Made by a program: the position numbers and the translations under genes. A DNA stretch of 64,000 nt from a virus: IMG/VR virus record IMGVR_UViG_3300045988_179183; one strand, given 5' to 3'. The notes beneath the pieces are model-generated. The model saw only the letters and a program-made list of their open reading frames with translations. It did not search any database and had not been told where the DNA came from. Positions 45,101 to 53,531 of the stretch are shown one piece after another. Each line of letters starts with the position of its first letter. Within the stretch, counting starts at the first letter, position 1.

Positions 45101-47106
45101 CCTGCAGGTGTACTTATATTTACTAACAAATGTTCATTATTTGTAACTTCAAAAGAACCCACATTAAATTTACCTACTTGAAATGTGTTATTACCAGTAA
45201 ATGTATTATTCCCTGATTTCGTTGCGGGATCAGATAAATTATATTTATCCCAGATTTCATAATAAGTTCCACCATGTCCAATAGCCCATTTATCTCCTGC
45301 ATATCCAAATACCCCTAACTGAGAGGCTTGTGAATTTATAGCTTGTATAATACAATAATTATCAGCATCAGTGGACTGTAATCTCAATTTAATATCCACT
45401 GATTGTTTTATTGTAAGTTGTCCAGTTAAGGTACCTCCAACAAGTGGAAGGTACTTACCGTCACCCAGATCCTCTAATTGTTGCCATACGGGTGCGCCGG
45501 TACCGCTTGAGACAAGGTAATATCCTTTTGTTCCGACCGTTGTCGGGGCGAAGATCGACGTTGTCGGTGCGTTCGTCGCGCTTAAAAAAGTCCATCCTGT
45601 TCCATTAACACTCAAATTTCGATCGTATATCGTCGTGGGTGTCCCAATGGCACCACCGTTATAAACTGTGGGTTTACTAAGATTATAGGAATCCCATATT
45701 TTATATGGGGTGGTATGTCTATAATGTATTAAATCCTTATTCGAACTATAAATATTAAGATCTAATGCCGTGTTGCCAAAGCTTAATGTTTCTATGTTGT
45801 TAGTATTGTTGATAATTAAAAGTGTGGCAATCCCTTGTGATATTGATGCCAATAAGGGCTTGTTACCAAGATTTATACTACCAGTCATTGTGCCACCAGA
45901 AAGTGGTAAATAATTAGCTAAATCAGTTGTGCTCGCCGGGGTTGGTAGGTTATAAGCATCCCATATTTTATAACTAGTATCCGACCTATGATGTAAGAGA
46001 TCGCTAGCATTTGAAATAATTCTAGTTGAAAGAGCTGCTGATCCTATATCAAGTCGATTATTAAAAGATCTTAATATGTAGGTGTCACCAGTGCCATCAG
46101 CATTTCCTATTATACCTGATTCTGCAGGAAATCTAATACTACCCTTCATTGTACCACCGGCAAGGGGGAGGTAATTGGTTAGTTTATTATTGAAATCATC
46201 ACTTAACGTTTTTAACGCGTCCGTGACAGCTTTCTGAGACATGACTTTATCCGTCGCCGCACCCGATACTTGAAGAACTGATGCTTTGTCAAACTTCAAA
46301 TTAAGGGCATCCGTCGTTGCCTTCTGAGACATCGGATCAATTGTTGATTCCCCGGTTCCTTGCTGACTCACCAACCGATTGATGATATCATTATAATTAT
46401 GTTTATGCGCCGGTGTGAGCGGAGTGAGTGGTGAGGGATCTCCCGGAACGATTGATCCATTTGATAGAGCCTGTAACCATGAATATTGTCCCGGCAACAT
46501 AACCCCGGCTAATTGATCTGTCGCACCTTGAATCGTTGTCTCCTTTCCGGCAGAGCTGTGAATCGTCACCTCCGTCTCCGAATATGACGTGGTTAAGTTA
46601 ACCGTGATATTTATCTTTCCCAGGGATTCCCAGGACCGGGTGACCTCATCCCAGACAATCTTCTCCGAATCCTCGAATGTCTTCCCGCTATACGGATCTG
46701 TTACCGTCCCCCCGACGGGTGAAGTGATGATAACGTACATATCACCCGCTTCCAACGTTGATGGATTAGGAAAATCCGCGCTCACCCGGATCACCCCCTT
46801 GAAATCAAGAGGATTACCCACGGCACTTTTAACGAAATCCTTTACGGTTATCTTGTAATTGACGTTATTCGAATTAATCAACATGTAATCACCATCATCC
46901 GCTAGTTGCCGGGGTGGTAATGTAACCAGCCACCCGTCGACATACGCTCGAACCCATTTATGGGTTGCAAGTTCCGACCATGCCGACCCGTCGTAGGCAC
47001 GAAACACAAACGGAACAACCGTGTTATCCAACCATATCAGGTTGGTATTGCGGGGAGCGGAACTCCCTATATATATGGCCGCGACCTGTCCTAAATTTCT
47101 AATCAT
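42109..47106 (-). CDS. Long tail fibre protein with repeated YLPLSGGTxTG motifs and reiterated distal modules
   Basis: 1665 aa. Five copies of the phage-fibre repeat (NYLPLAGGTMKGSI, NYLPLSGGTMTGSI, KYLPLVGGTLTGQL, NYLPLTGGTLSGNL, GYLPLSGGTLTGAL). Recurrent YGxVLQ...W.R/K modules. Repeated GYATQxW motifs near the C-terminus. Confidence 0.8.
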   Translation of the reverse strand: MIRNLGQVAAIYIGSSAPRNTNLIWLDNTVVPFVFRAYDGSAWSELATHKWVRAYVDGWLVTLPPRQLADDGDYMLINSNNVNYKITVKDFVKSAVGNPLDFKGVIRVSADFPNPSTLEAGDMYVIITSPVGGTVTDPYSGKTFEDSEKIVWDEVTRSWESLGKINITVNLTTSYSETEVTIHSSAGKETTIQGATDQLAGVMLPGQYSWLQALSNGSIVPGDPSPLTPLTPAHKHNYNDIINRLVSQQGTGESTIDPMSQKATTDALNLKFDKASVLQVSGAATDKVMSQKAVTDALKTLSDDFNNKLTNYLPLAGGTMKGSIRFPAESGIIGNADGTGDTYILRSFNNRLDIGSAALSTRIISNASDLLHHRSDTSYKIWDAYNLPTPASTTDLANYLPLSGGTMTGSINLGNKPLLASISQGIATLLIINNTNNIETLSFGNTALDLNIYSSNKDLIHYRHTTPYKIWDSYNLSKPTVYNGGAIGTPTTIYDRNLSVNGTGWTFLSATNAPTTSIFAPTTVGTKGYYLVSSGTGAPVWQQLEDLGDGKYLPLVGGTLTGQLTIKQSVDIKLRLQSTDADNYCIIQAINSQASQLGVFGYAGDKWAIGHGGTYYEIWDKYNLSDPATKSGNNTFTGNNTFQVGKFNVGSFEVTNNEHLLVNISTPAGSAWARNLTFQANSDATSKSIFGGYNSVNNTNLGYAYIGIGDVNSSTAQYKFKPASLVVPITWSLDDPNGNALVWSQSSTLAHLGRASGTTKIRSGNVNLIHTKGATDYTILDSSNYTEFLPQNITWTYGFVSHAVNNDGYDANSMIGVDKPKLLFNYYTPGKIVNAPTGMGYGNVLQIDGPYTSSYNEAALKTQLAFDIIHNVDNGTGRMWFRTANNLGYGDSSNWKRVVTADENIAGLSFDENNYPAIIRVDGTTYPWLRANGNGFLPNVEKSLASGGVSQLGSSSWAFLAGYIASVYTNKLVFGVTGPYMIASTNAFQFLNSAGGVHKVATGGLYVGPSYTSDALNLVPANGIYSRGIIYIENGIGFRSSIWTNDLTPNRNYSGYLQVLDAYDVSSAGGPTNYGTVLQVNSRNAHWANQLWFPGGAEASKNGLYYRHMAYNETTYGEWNRLLTNKDVNILSASYNNNPNSVPTNQIFYAETQGVAGTPTSSGLLFSVQGDDEGIQLWAGANRTELYYRTKWTSFGKWIKLATTSDIGNYLPLTGGTLSGNLTINTVGSTTLVINNNDTNGSETFMRVLRRGTASAAIGFMDSLGAYIYNYNSNKYLFIDNDGYARVGTTSGSTRLALITDIPTVSGYLPLSGGTLTGALTMNSRKNNAVIDVVGGTGNNWNGGAGALSVQVPGDGGQTPLLVARRSGAAIDTTTAAERLLSMELLNTGNTFRITLSNTSTFQLDLSTAKGFLFGKTIATTDQIPSIPSISISNSGSGNAVTAITANGHTLTVTKGATYLTSSSLDGYATQSWANGQFASLSLYNTTGSYTTIRTRGNEFCLGNTIATSASNEVIVNYRIPSGCTYAPSTWVWRAGSSTSYANGYWGSLYMNGDLVATQTWVNNKGYLTSHQTIYNLTFQAGTFSAKTFDPNGAAATVNIPTNTSHLTNDSGFITSSALNGYATQAWVNSQNFVKSTSTKKVTDIQPVDALPATQASGVLYLVFG
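42242..44159 (-). other. CpG-free compositional island inside the tail-fibre gene (encodes ~aa 983-1621)
   Basis: A visual scan of every line, including the 10-mer and line junctions, found no CG dinucleotide between the CpG at 42240/41 and the one at 44160/61. Flanking fibre sequence and the rest of the window are CpG-rich. GpC is not depleted. Confidence 0.85.
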
Positions 47107-47461
47107 TCACAGTTTGAATTAATTGTCCATCTAACCTATCTATCTTGTATTGATCGGGATTGTTCGATTCAACGATCAAATCACCGCTTCCATCAACATA
47201 AAATGTATCCTCGACCCCTCCCTTAACTCTCATCACCAAATCACCGATACCGATCTTCTCGCCCTCCATTGTCCTGTCAAACTGGGATATGAAAAAGAAC
47301 AAAAATTCTCCCGCCCCATCCTTGTCATAATAGGTTAATATCTCAATATAAGGTCTGTATATATTGAAGACGGTCGATGTATTCAGTTTCTTAGTCTCCG
47401 GCATAATCACTGGGATAAAATATCGGTGACAGTACTCCGTTTGAATCAAATATTGGATCAC
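47099..47461 (-). CDS. hypothetical baseplate/fibre-attachment protein
   Basis: 120-aa ORF (alternative start at 47404) between the baseplate-J-like gene and the tail fibre gene. Overlaps the fibre start by 8 nt. Confidence 0.5.
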   Translation of the reverse strand: MIQYLIQTEYCHRYFIPVIMPETKKLNTSTVFNIYRPYIEILTYYDKDGAGEFLFFFISQFDRTMEGEKIGIGDLVMRVKGGVEDTFYVDGSGDLIVESNNPDQYKIDRLDGQLIQTVND

Positions 47462-48575
47462 CTTTTAAATCTCTCATCACAAACCCCCTAATACGAGGAA
47501 GCTCATTTATGGGAACAAGCTCGTCGGCAGAAGGATAAAATGTTGAATCTTGGACATACTTAACACCCTCCGTATCCTTCACTATACCTAATAAATCATC
47601 CCACTCTACCTTCGATCCCGGTACCCAGTATCTAAAATCGAGATACTTTGTCATCGCGATTTGAATATTCCGACGTACATCATCGGGATCATAGTTATCT
47701 GCTATCTCAACCCTGAAATCAACACCCCGGCTTCCACCCACACTATACCATTTCACATTCGTAAGAACTATCTCAACTGTATCGCCATATTTATTTCTAT
47801 CACTTAGCGGGAAATATGGTGCAGCTTGTTCTAGTAAATTTGCCAACTCAGTATCGGTAAACTCAACGCCATTCTGAGTCGAAAGTGCTAATTGTAATTT
47901 CGCATTCTCATTTACACCGAAATTAAAAAACATCAGCACTCTATCGTCTATATTTTGGAAAACTTGTGTGAAATATTCCCTTGTACCAATTGATAATATA
48001 TTCAAATTATTTCTAATCCGAATCCTGAATGTTTCATCATCTTCTGAATCTCTCCCTCCCACCGCGTAATATTCGTTTGAACACGCCTTATGACCGACAG
48101 GTTCGGGAACCACATTCGTAATCGTATTAGGGGCTACATTCGTCTGAGATCCTGTTCCAGCGCTCCTCACTTTCACATACGTATAGCCGTTATCACCCAC
48201 TGTTGCATCAAACTCGGTCATAAAACGAACACCGTTTATATTCACGAATTCCGTTTTACCGGCTTCGTAAAAAGTTCCCTGTTCGGCGATAACCTTAACA
48301 TAGGTCGAAGATCCCAGCGCACCCTTTCGCGGACTAACACCGAATAGCTGGGCCGCGACATCGAGATCACTCCCGGAAGCTGTATCCGGGAATATACGTG
48401 CCGCCACGATCGCGACGTCCTTTAAACACTTCTGCCCGACTTTCGCAACACCGAAAGCCGTGGCATTCACAACCGAGTTATCGCTGATATCCGACACTTT
48501 ATCAGTTTTATTCAGGAACAACTCGATGAACAAACTTTTCAGAAGGGATATTGTATGTTTAACGCCTATTATCAT
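47391..48575 (-). CDS. Baseplate J-like (wedge) protein
   Basis: 394 aa. LFGVSPRKGALGSSTYVKVIAEQGTFYEAGKTEFVNINGVRFMT...VKVRSAGTGSQTNVAPNTITNV fits the Baseplate_J pattern. Lies just upstream of the fibre genes. Confidence 0.55.
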   Translation of the reverse strand: MIIGVKHTISLLKSLFIELFLNKTDKVSDISDNSVVNATAFGVAKVGQKCLKDVAIVAARIFPDTASGSDLDVAAQLFGVSPRKGALGSSTYVKVIAEQGTFYEAGKTEFVNINGVRFMTEFDATVGDNGYTYVKVRSAGTGSQTNVAPNTITNVVPEPVGHKACSNEYYAVGGRDSEDDETFRIRIRNNLNILSIGTREYFTQVFQNIDDRVLMFFNFGVNENAKLQLALSTQNGVEFTDTELANLLEQAAPYFPLSDRNKYGDTVEIVLTNVKWYSVGGSRGVDFRVEIADNYDPDDVRRNIQIAMTKYLDFRYWVPGSKVEWDDLLGIVKDTEGVKYVQDSTFYPSADELVPINELPRIRGFVMRDLKGDPIFDSNGVLSPIFYPSDYAGD

Positions 48576-49486
48576 ACGTTTATATTTGTAATAAAACTAT
48601 CACTGTTAACCGTTCTTATCTTTATCTTCATGATTATGTAATCATCTTCACGAGTTAAAGATAATAAATTTACTTCTATAAACCGATCGTCTTTCGCGAA
48701 CATCGTCGATAAATTTCTGAATAGCGTGGGGTACTGTATCGCTGAAACATTGGTTCCCACGAATTCATTCGATATACCATCTTCTGGAAATTCAGGAATA
48801 TCTCCCTTGAGAGTATTCATTATCGTGTCTATAGTTTGATTTATCGCATCCTTGTATTCAACTATCGCTAAATCATTATCCTTGAAATAAAAACGCTTAT
48901 CGATATCTTTTCCGAGAATTCTTTCGCCCACCAAACTATCAACGACGGTCTGTATCCCAAAATTAGCCGTGCTACTTAAACTGATCTTAAATATCGGCCC
49001 GCCATTTCTAGGAGAATATTTCTCCTCTATAATGAAATTATCAATCGCTATATTTTCCCAGTCATTCTGCGGATCATTACTACCCACACTTGATGCGACT
49101 TGTTCAAAATTTTCGAAATCCGCTAACGCTCTTTCAAGGTAAAATTTCCCGTCATACCTTCCCACTCTCGAACTTCTCATCCATTTACTGGTATTGTTGA
49201 TCGTGAGTAATTGACCCCAAGTATCCTCGAACGTATCTAAAAGATCCCACATATCAGTGGTCTTCATCTGCCCTGAAAAATTATAAAACGCGGCATCTAT
49301 CTTTTCCGCTCTAAAAAGAAGATCGTCAAGTACCTTGAAACTATTGGCCGGCAGATTTCCACCTTCATAATACGATAAAATGGATGGATATCCTTGATTG
49401 ATAAAATCAACGACATCCTGAAAAAATTGAGCTATATCAATTCTCGTTATATTGTAATATTTTTCCGCACTCGTTGTTTCCATCAC
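48572..49486 (-). CDS. baseplate component (hypothetical)
   Basis: 304-aa ORF with 4-nt overlaps on both sides, in the baseplate block. Confidence 0.5.
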   Translation of the reverse strand: MMETTSAEKYYNITRIDIAQFFQDVVDFINQGYPSILSYYEGGNLPANSFKVLDDLLFRAEKIDAAFYNFSGQMKTTDMWDLLDTFEDTWGQLLTINNTSKWMRSSRVGRYDGKFYLERALADFENFEQVASSVGSNDPQNDWENIAIDNFIIEEKYSPRNGGPIFKISLSSTANFGIQTVVDSLVGERILGKDIDKRFYFKDNDLAIVEYKDAINQTIDTIMNTLKGDIPEFPEDGISNEFVGTNVSAIQYPTLFRNLSTMFAKDDRFIEVNLLSLTREDDYIIMKIKIRTVNSDSFITNINV

Positions 49487-50274
49487 GGTAAAGTATCAGT
49501 TGCCCACTTTTGAATTAATGAACCCAATTGATTCGAAAGAACATTAACACCTTTTTGAATGATCCCTGTTTGCAGTGAATTCTTCAATGAACCCTCATAG
49601 GCTTTCTTTGATAGCACCAGACTCAAAGGCGCTATGGCTGTTAATGTCAAATTATAATTCCATAACGTATTTGAATTATCCGCGTCAGTATTTAACGTCA
49701 ACCCGTTACTGGGAACCGTGACAAGGTAGCTCTCACCTAAAGCCATGTTATAAAAATACAGCCGGAAGGGTAATCCCTGATCATCTATCCCGTTTGATTT
49801 CGCTATAATCGCACGGAGTAAATTCATGGCACCGAAACCACTCTTCACACCAACATCAAAATTGGGATAATTAACTATCAAACTTTTCGATTTCGCCTGA
49901 TATAAGTCATAAACACCCCTCGACGTGGAATATGCAACCGCGCTTCCAGTAGGACCTTTCGTTGAAAGTATCAATTTAAAAAACCTTCCAAAATTACCCT
50001 TTATAGTAATCTGTTGAGGTACGAACGCTGTGCTACTTAACACCGTAATCCCAGTATTCGATTGCTTTATATTCGTTCTTTTAGGTTCTGTTTTCTGAAT
50101 TGATGCGGGTAAGACCGGGAATGAAAAATAATCTATCGTCCTACCCGATCCATCCGTTAATTCGAGTGCCACCATGTAATACTCAAAGTCATGAGGTGAT
50201 AAGCTGCTCAAAGCCGCCTGCCCTATTGACCTAACAAGGTTCGTATACTGTCTATTAACTGAATCTATTGACAT
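49483..50274 (-). CDS. baseplate component (hypothetical)
   Basis: 263-aa ORF in the baseplate block. Confidence 0.5.
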   Translation of the reverse strand: MSIDSVNRQYTNLVRSIGQAALSSLSPHDFEYYMVALELTDGSGRTIDYFSFPVLPASIQKTEPKRTNIKQSNTGITVLSSTAFVPQQITIKGNFGRFFKLILSTKGPTGSAVAYSTSRGVYDLYQAKSKSLIVNYPNFDVGVKSGFGAMNLLRAIIAKSNGIDDQGLPFRLYFYNMALGESYLVTVPSNGLTLNTDADNSNTLWNYNLTLTAIAPLSLVLSKKAYEGSLKNSLQTGIIQKGVNVLSNQLGSLIQKWATDTLP

Positions 50275-50314
50275 GATTTCACTCTATTTTACAGTTAAAA
50301 TTACGCAAAATATT

Positions 50315-51298
50315 TCAATCCGTAAAGGATATCTCAGAATTTAATTTACTTAAATCGGGGGCTTGTATACCGGCGACCGCGTTAACACCTGCTGTGAATG
50401 CTGTTCCACCGCCACCCCCTGGGCTCCCTTGTGCTGCCGGTGTGACTGCCGCGGAACCAGTTGACCAAGCCCGTTTCAAAGTATCTATATTCGAATTTAT
50501 CTTTTCCAAAATACCCTTCAACGTATCACCTAAAGGGATCGGTTCACTACCTCCCTTAACTTTCATTTTTATTGAAGGATCAATTATTATATTCTCCTTA
50601 TCGATAAAAATTTTTGACGTATCACCGCTTTCGGGATCAACGACTTCAATATTAACATCCATCGATGACGTGACATTCGTTGATGTGGGTGTTAACAACG
50701 CGGTCGTCGTTTTCTCATTTTCAACATCAATCACGGTCGCTTCAATCTGCTTGAAAGATTTCACGGAAACATTCCCATTCACAACTTCCATCTTATCACC
50801 GTTCGTGTTGAGTTCAATCCCGGATCCCTCGTCACCGTTAACAACAACCTTTAATTTCCGGGGGCCTATCCCGTCAACATTCACAAGTAAAGTTTGGTCA
50901 TTGAGTGATGCTTGTATTAGAAACGATCCGTTATCATCCTGAAAGATTTTTCGATAATCACCCTCTTTGAATGTCACACCACTATTCGTACTTGGAATCG
51001 TCGCTATCACTAGTGGTTTTTCACCGAATTCAGGTTTAACCAAAATAATCGGAGTACCCAGCTCATTCTCTGACTCCGGGATTTTTAGGTATTGATAAAC
51101 CTGTTCGGTAACTAGGCAATTATGTATAACCGCGTTATTTCGATCTATCATGACTGAAACCCTGAGGTTTTTATCACAGGTATCAATAAAATTATCTCTT
51201 TCAACACCAGCGGGTAATATCACGTACCCGATCTCAATCGAATAACCTCCGTTAAGAACGGGAATTCCTGTCACACCTTTATTAAATTTCATTGTCAT
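50315..51298 (-). CDS. baseplate/central spike-like component (hypothetical)
   Basis: 327 aa. Beta-rich, with a Gly-rich C-terminal region (AAQGSPGGGGGTAFTAG). Called on position only. Confidence 0.4.
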   Translation of the reverse strand: MTMKFNKGVTGIPVLNGGYSIEIGYVILPAGVERDNFIDTCDKNLRVSVMIDRNNAVIHNCLVTEQVYQYLKIPESENELGTPIILVKPEFGEKPLVIATIPSTNSGVTFKEGDYRKIFQDDNGSFLIQASLNDQTLLVNVDGIGPRKLKVVVNGDEGSGIELNTNGDKMEVVNGNVSVKSFKQIEATVIDVENEKTTTALLTPTSTNVTSSMDVNIEVVDPESGDTSKIFIDKENIIIDPSIKMKVKGGSEPIPLGDTLKGILEKINSNIDTLKRAWSTGSAAVTPAAQGSPGGGGGTAFTAGVNAVAGIQAPDLSKLNSEISFTD

Positions 51299-51299
51299 G

Positions 51300-53531
51300 T
51301 TATAAATATCTTCTTTTTAGCATGTACTCAAAAACATCTTCGTTTATATTGAAATCAGATTTTATCATCGATAACGAATTAAACGCGTTTCCCGTTCTCC
51401 GATTCTCCAATATCGATTTACGTAGTTCTTCAGTGTTCACAATATTAAAATACGAGTATCGAACGGGAACTGTTTTGTTTTGATCGATTACTGTCGTCCT
51501 TGCCTTTTCAAATCCCAAACCAACCGTGTTTGTTCGCGGGTTCCGGGCCATCCTCACTTCACCAGTATCAACACCCTTAATCAAATCCCATCTCATCCCT
51601 CTTTCGACTTGAATTGTTGTTACTCTGTCAATATTTGAACCTATCGTAAGGCTATTATCGACGCCGGTAACGTAATACAATTCATCTGTTACGTCAAGTC
51701 TGATAAATGTTCCAACCTTTATCCTTCTATCACCATTAATCTGAATGGTTCCCTTTCTTGTGAAGGGTAGATACACGAATGATTCGATCAAAAACAGAAG
51801 GTCATTTAATATCGCTTGTGATATGAAATCAATATCGCCTATCTGCTCCTGCCCCTTTAACGCACCCGTGTACAAATAGATGTCTGATATTTGAAGACGT
51901 TTATTCCCGAACACTTCCGCTATCTGTGGTAGGAAGACGACTGGGATGTTTGCGGCTGTTGTTTTACCCTCCTCCCCGGTCGATGTATCCGATGGTGTTA
52001 CCTGATACCACGCGTATGATGTTGTATCATATCCAAGGGTTAGATTTAACAAATCCTTGTTTTCTATCGTGATATAGTTCGCCGAATCATTTATAACACT
52101 TCTAATCGACTCACCAGTAAAAGGTGGCTGTCTGACGGTAAAATTAAACATATCAATCCATGTATCACCGAATATTTCGACGAACGGTGGCTGACATATC
52201 CTGTTAAATAATTCGAGAAGCGTTCCGTCCGCGCCACCCAGATCCCCGGATAAAACCCGGTCGTTAATATGTTCATCAAAAAAGAACTTTATGATCGACC
52301 AAACTCCCTTTAAATTTCGATTTTCATCATCTATTCCCTCAACCTTGTTCAATTTACTCAATCGCTCCCCATAACTACTAAAAACATTACTTGATATTAT
52401 CCCAAGATTTGATAATCTATTCACGACAAATCCCAGGTATTCCTTTATACTTTTCAGGCTGTAATTAAGAAAATATTGCTCAAATTGACCTGTTAGAATG
52501 TTTCTTTTAAACACACCCGAATTCTCATCACCCATCCACATGAAACGATTATCGCTCGCCGACATAAATCGATACGAATAAAAATAAGACCCATCCTCTG
52601 ATAAAAGTTTCATAAAATCACGTCCTTTGATTGAAATTGATTTATCAGTGTATGAGAAATTCGTCGTTACATCGACGGAATCAACCAACCCCATCATATC
52701 CCAAACGCGGTACCATGATGGGTTCTCATTTGGATCGGTAATCGGGTTGGCGAGGGTGCTTAATTTCAGCACTTGACCACTTTCATATCCAACATCATCC
52801 TTCTCAACTTGTAGCCTTTCAAATCTTATAAAAACAAGATCATTATACTGTATATATTTCTCAAAATAATCAGCGATCAATTCATCTCGATTCCCCGTGA
52901 AATTAAACGTATTAACGGAACCTTTCTGGTTAACTGCGGTCGGATATTCAACATCAAACTCCAAACTTTTAGCAGGGTTGAGTGTTATCGAAAACGCTCC
53001 CATTGCCATGTTCTTCGATGTGTTACATGCCACAACGAGAGGTGATACATCTATCAACTCATCTAATACTTTACTATAAATCCACACACGAACATTTAAA
53101 TTCACAATCTGTGCGTCAATAGATACCCGGTCGATGTGTGATATAAGTGATTCAAGTTTATAATAACCGTCACTACTTTGCAGTATTTTCTGATATTCAT
53201 TAAAATACGCGTTGAAATTATCCTGTTTCAGATATTGATTCTTCCCGTAAATCAATTGTTTTTCAACCATCGTTTTATTCAAAGGAACTCGTACGAAAAT
53301 CCCCGCTTTTATCATGGTAGGATCAGCACCGTTCATCCACTTCAACTGTTCCTCTGGAGTGTAAGTTTTTACGATTTTCTGTCGATTTGTTAAATTCGAT
53401 GACCCCGTGAAATCAAGAAAATCTTTCACTGTTAAGGGTGCTCCACCCGTTAAACCGTTATCATCATTGAATTTTGATACAAAAGCACTAACTTCTATAT
53501 CCTCTCCTATCGTTACAACCATGCTTTTCAT
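51300..53531 (-). CDS. large baseplate hub / distal tail protein (hypothetical)
   Basis: 743-aa ORF immediately downstream of the tape measure gene (4-nt overlap). Called on position only. Confidence 0.4.
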   Translation of the reverse strand: MKSMVVTIGEDIEVSAFVSKFNDDNGLTGGAPLTVKDFLDFTGSSNLTNRQKIVKTYTPEEQLKWMNGADPTMIKAGIFVRVPLNKTMVEKQLIYGKNQYLKQDNFNAYFNEYQKILQSSDGYYKLESLISHIDRVSIDAQIVNLNVRVWIYSKVLDELIDVSPLVVACNTSKNMAMGAFSITLNPAKSLEFDVEYPTAVNQKGSVNTFNFTGNRDELIADYFEKYIQYNDLVFIRFERLQVEKDDVGYESGQVLKLSTLANPITDPNENPSWYRVWDMMGLVDSVDVTTNFSYTDKSISIKGRDFMKLLSEDGSYFYSYRFMSASDNRFMWMGDENSGVFKRNILTGQFEQYFLNYSLKSIKEYLGFVVNRLSNLGIISSNVFSSYGERLSKLNKVEGIDDENRNLKGVWSIIKFFFDEHINDRVLSGDLGGADGTLLELFNRICQPPFVEIFGDTWIDMFNFTVRQPPFTGESIRSVINDSANYITIENKDLLNLTLGYDTTSYAWYQVTPSDTSTGEEGKTTAANIPVVFLPQIAEVFGNKRLQISDIYLYTGALKGQEQIGDIDFISQAILNDLLFLIESFVYLPFTRKGTIQINGDRRIKVGTFIRLDVTDELYYVTGVDNSLTIGSNIDRVTTIQVERGMRWDLIKGVDTGEVRMARNPRTNTVGLGFEKARTTVIDQNKTVPVRYSYFNIVNTEELRKSILENRRTGNAFNSLSMIKSDFNINEDVFEYMLKRRYL

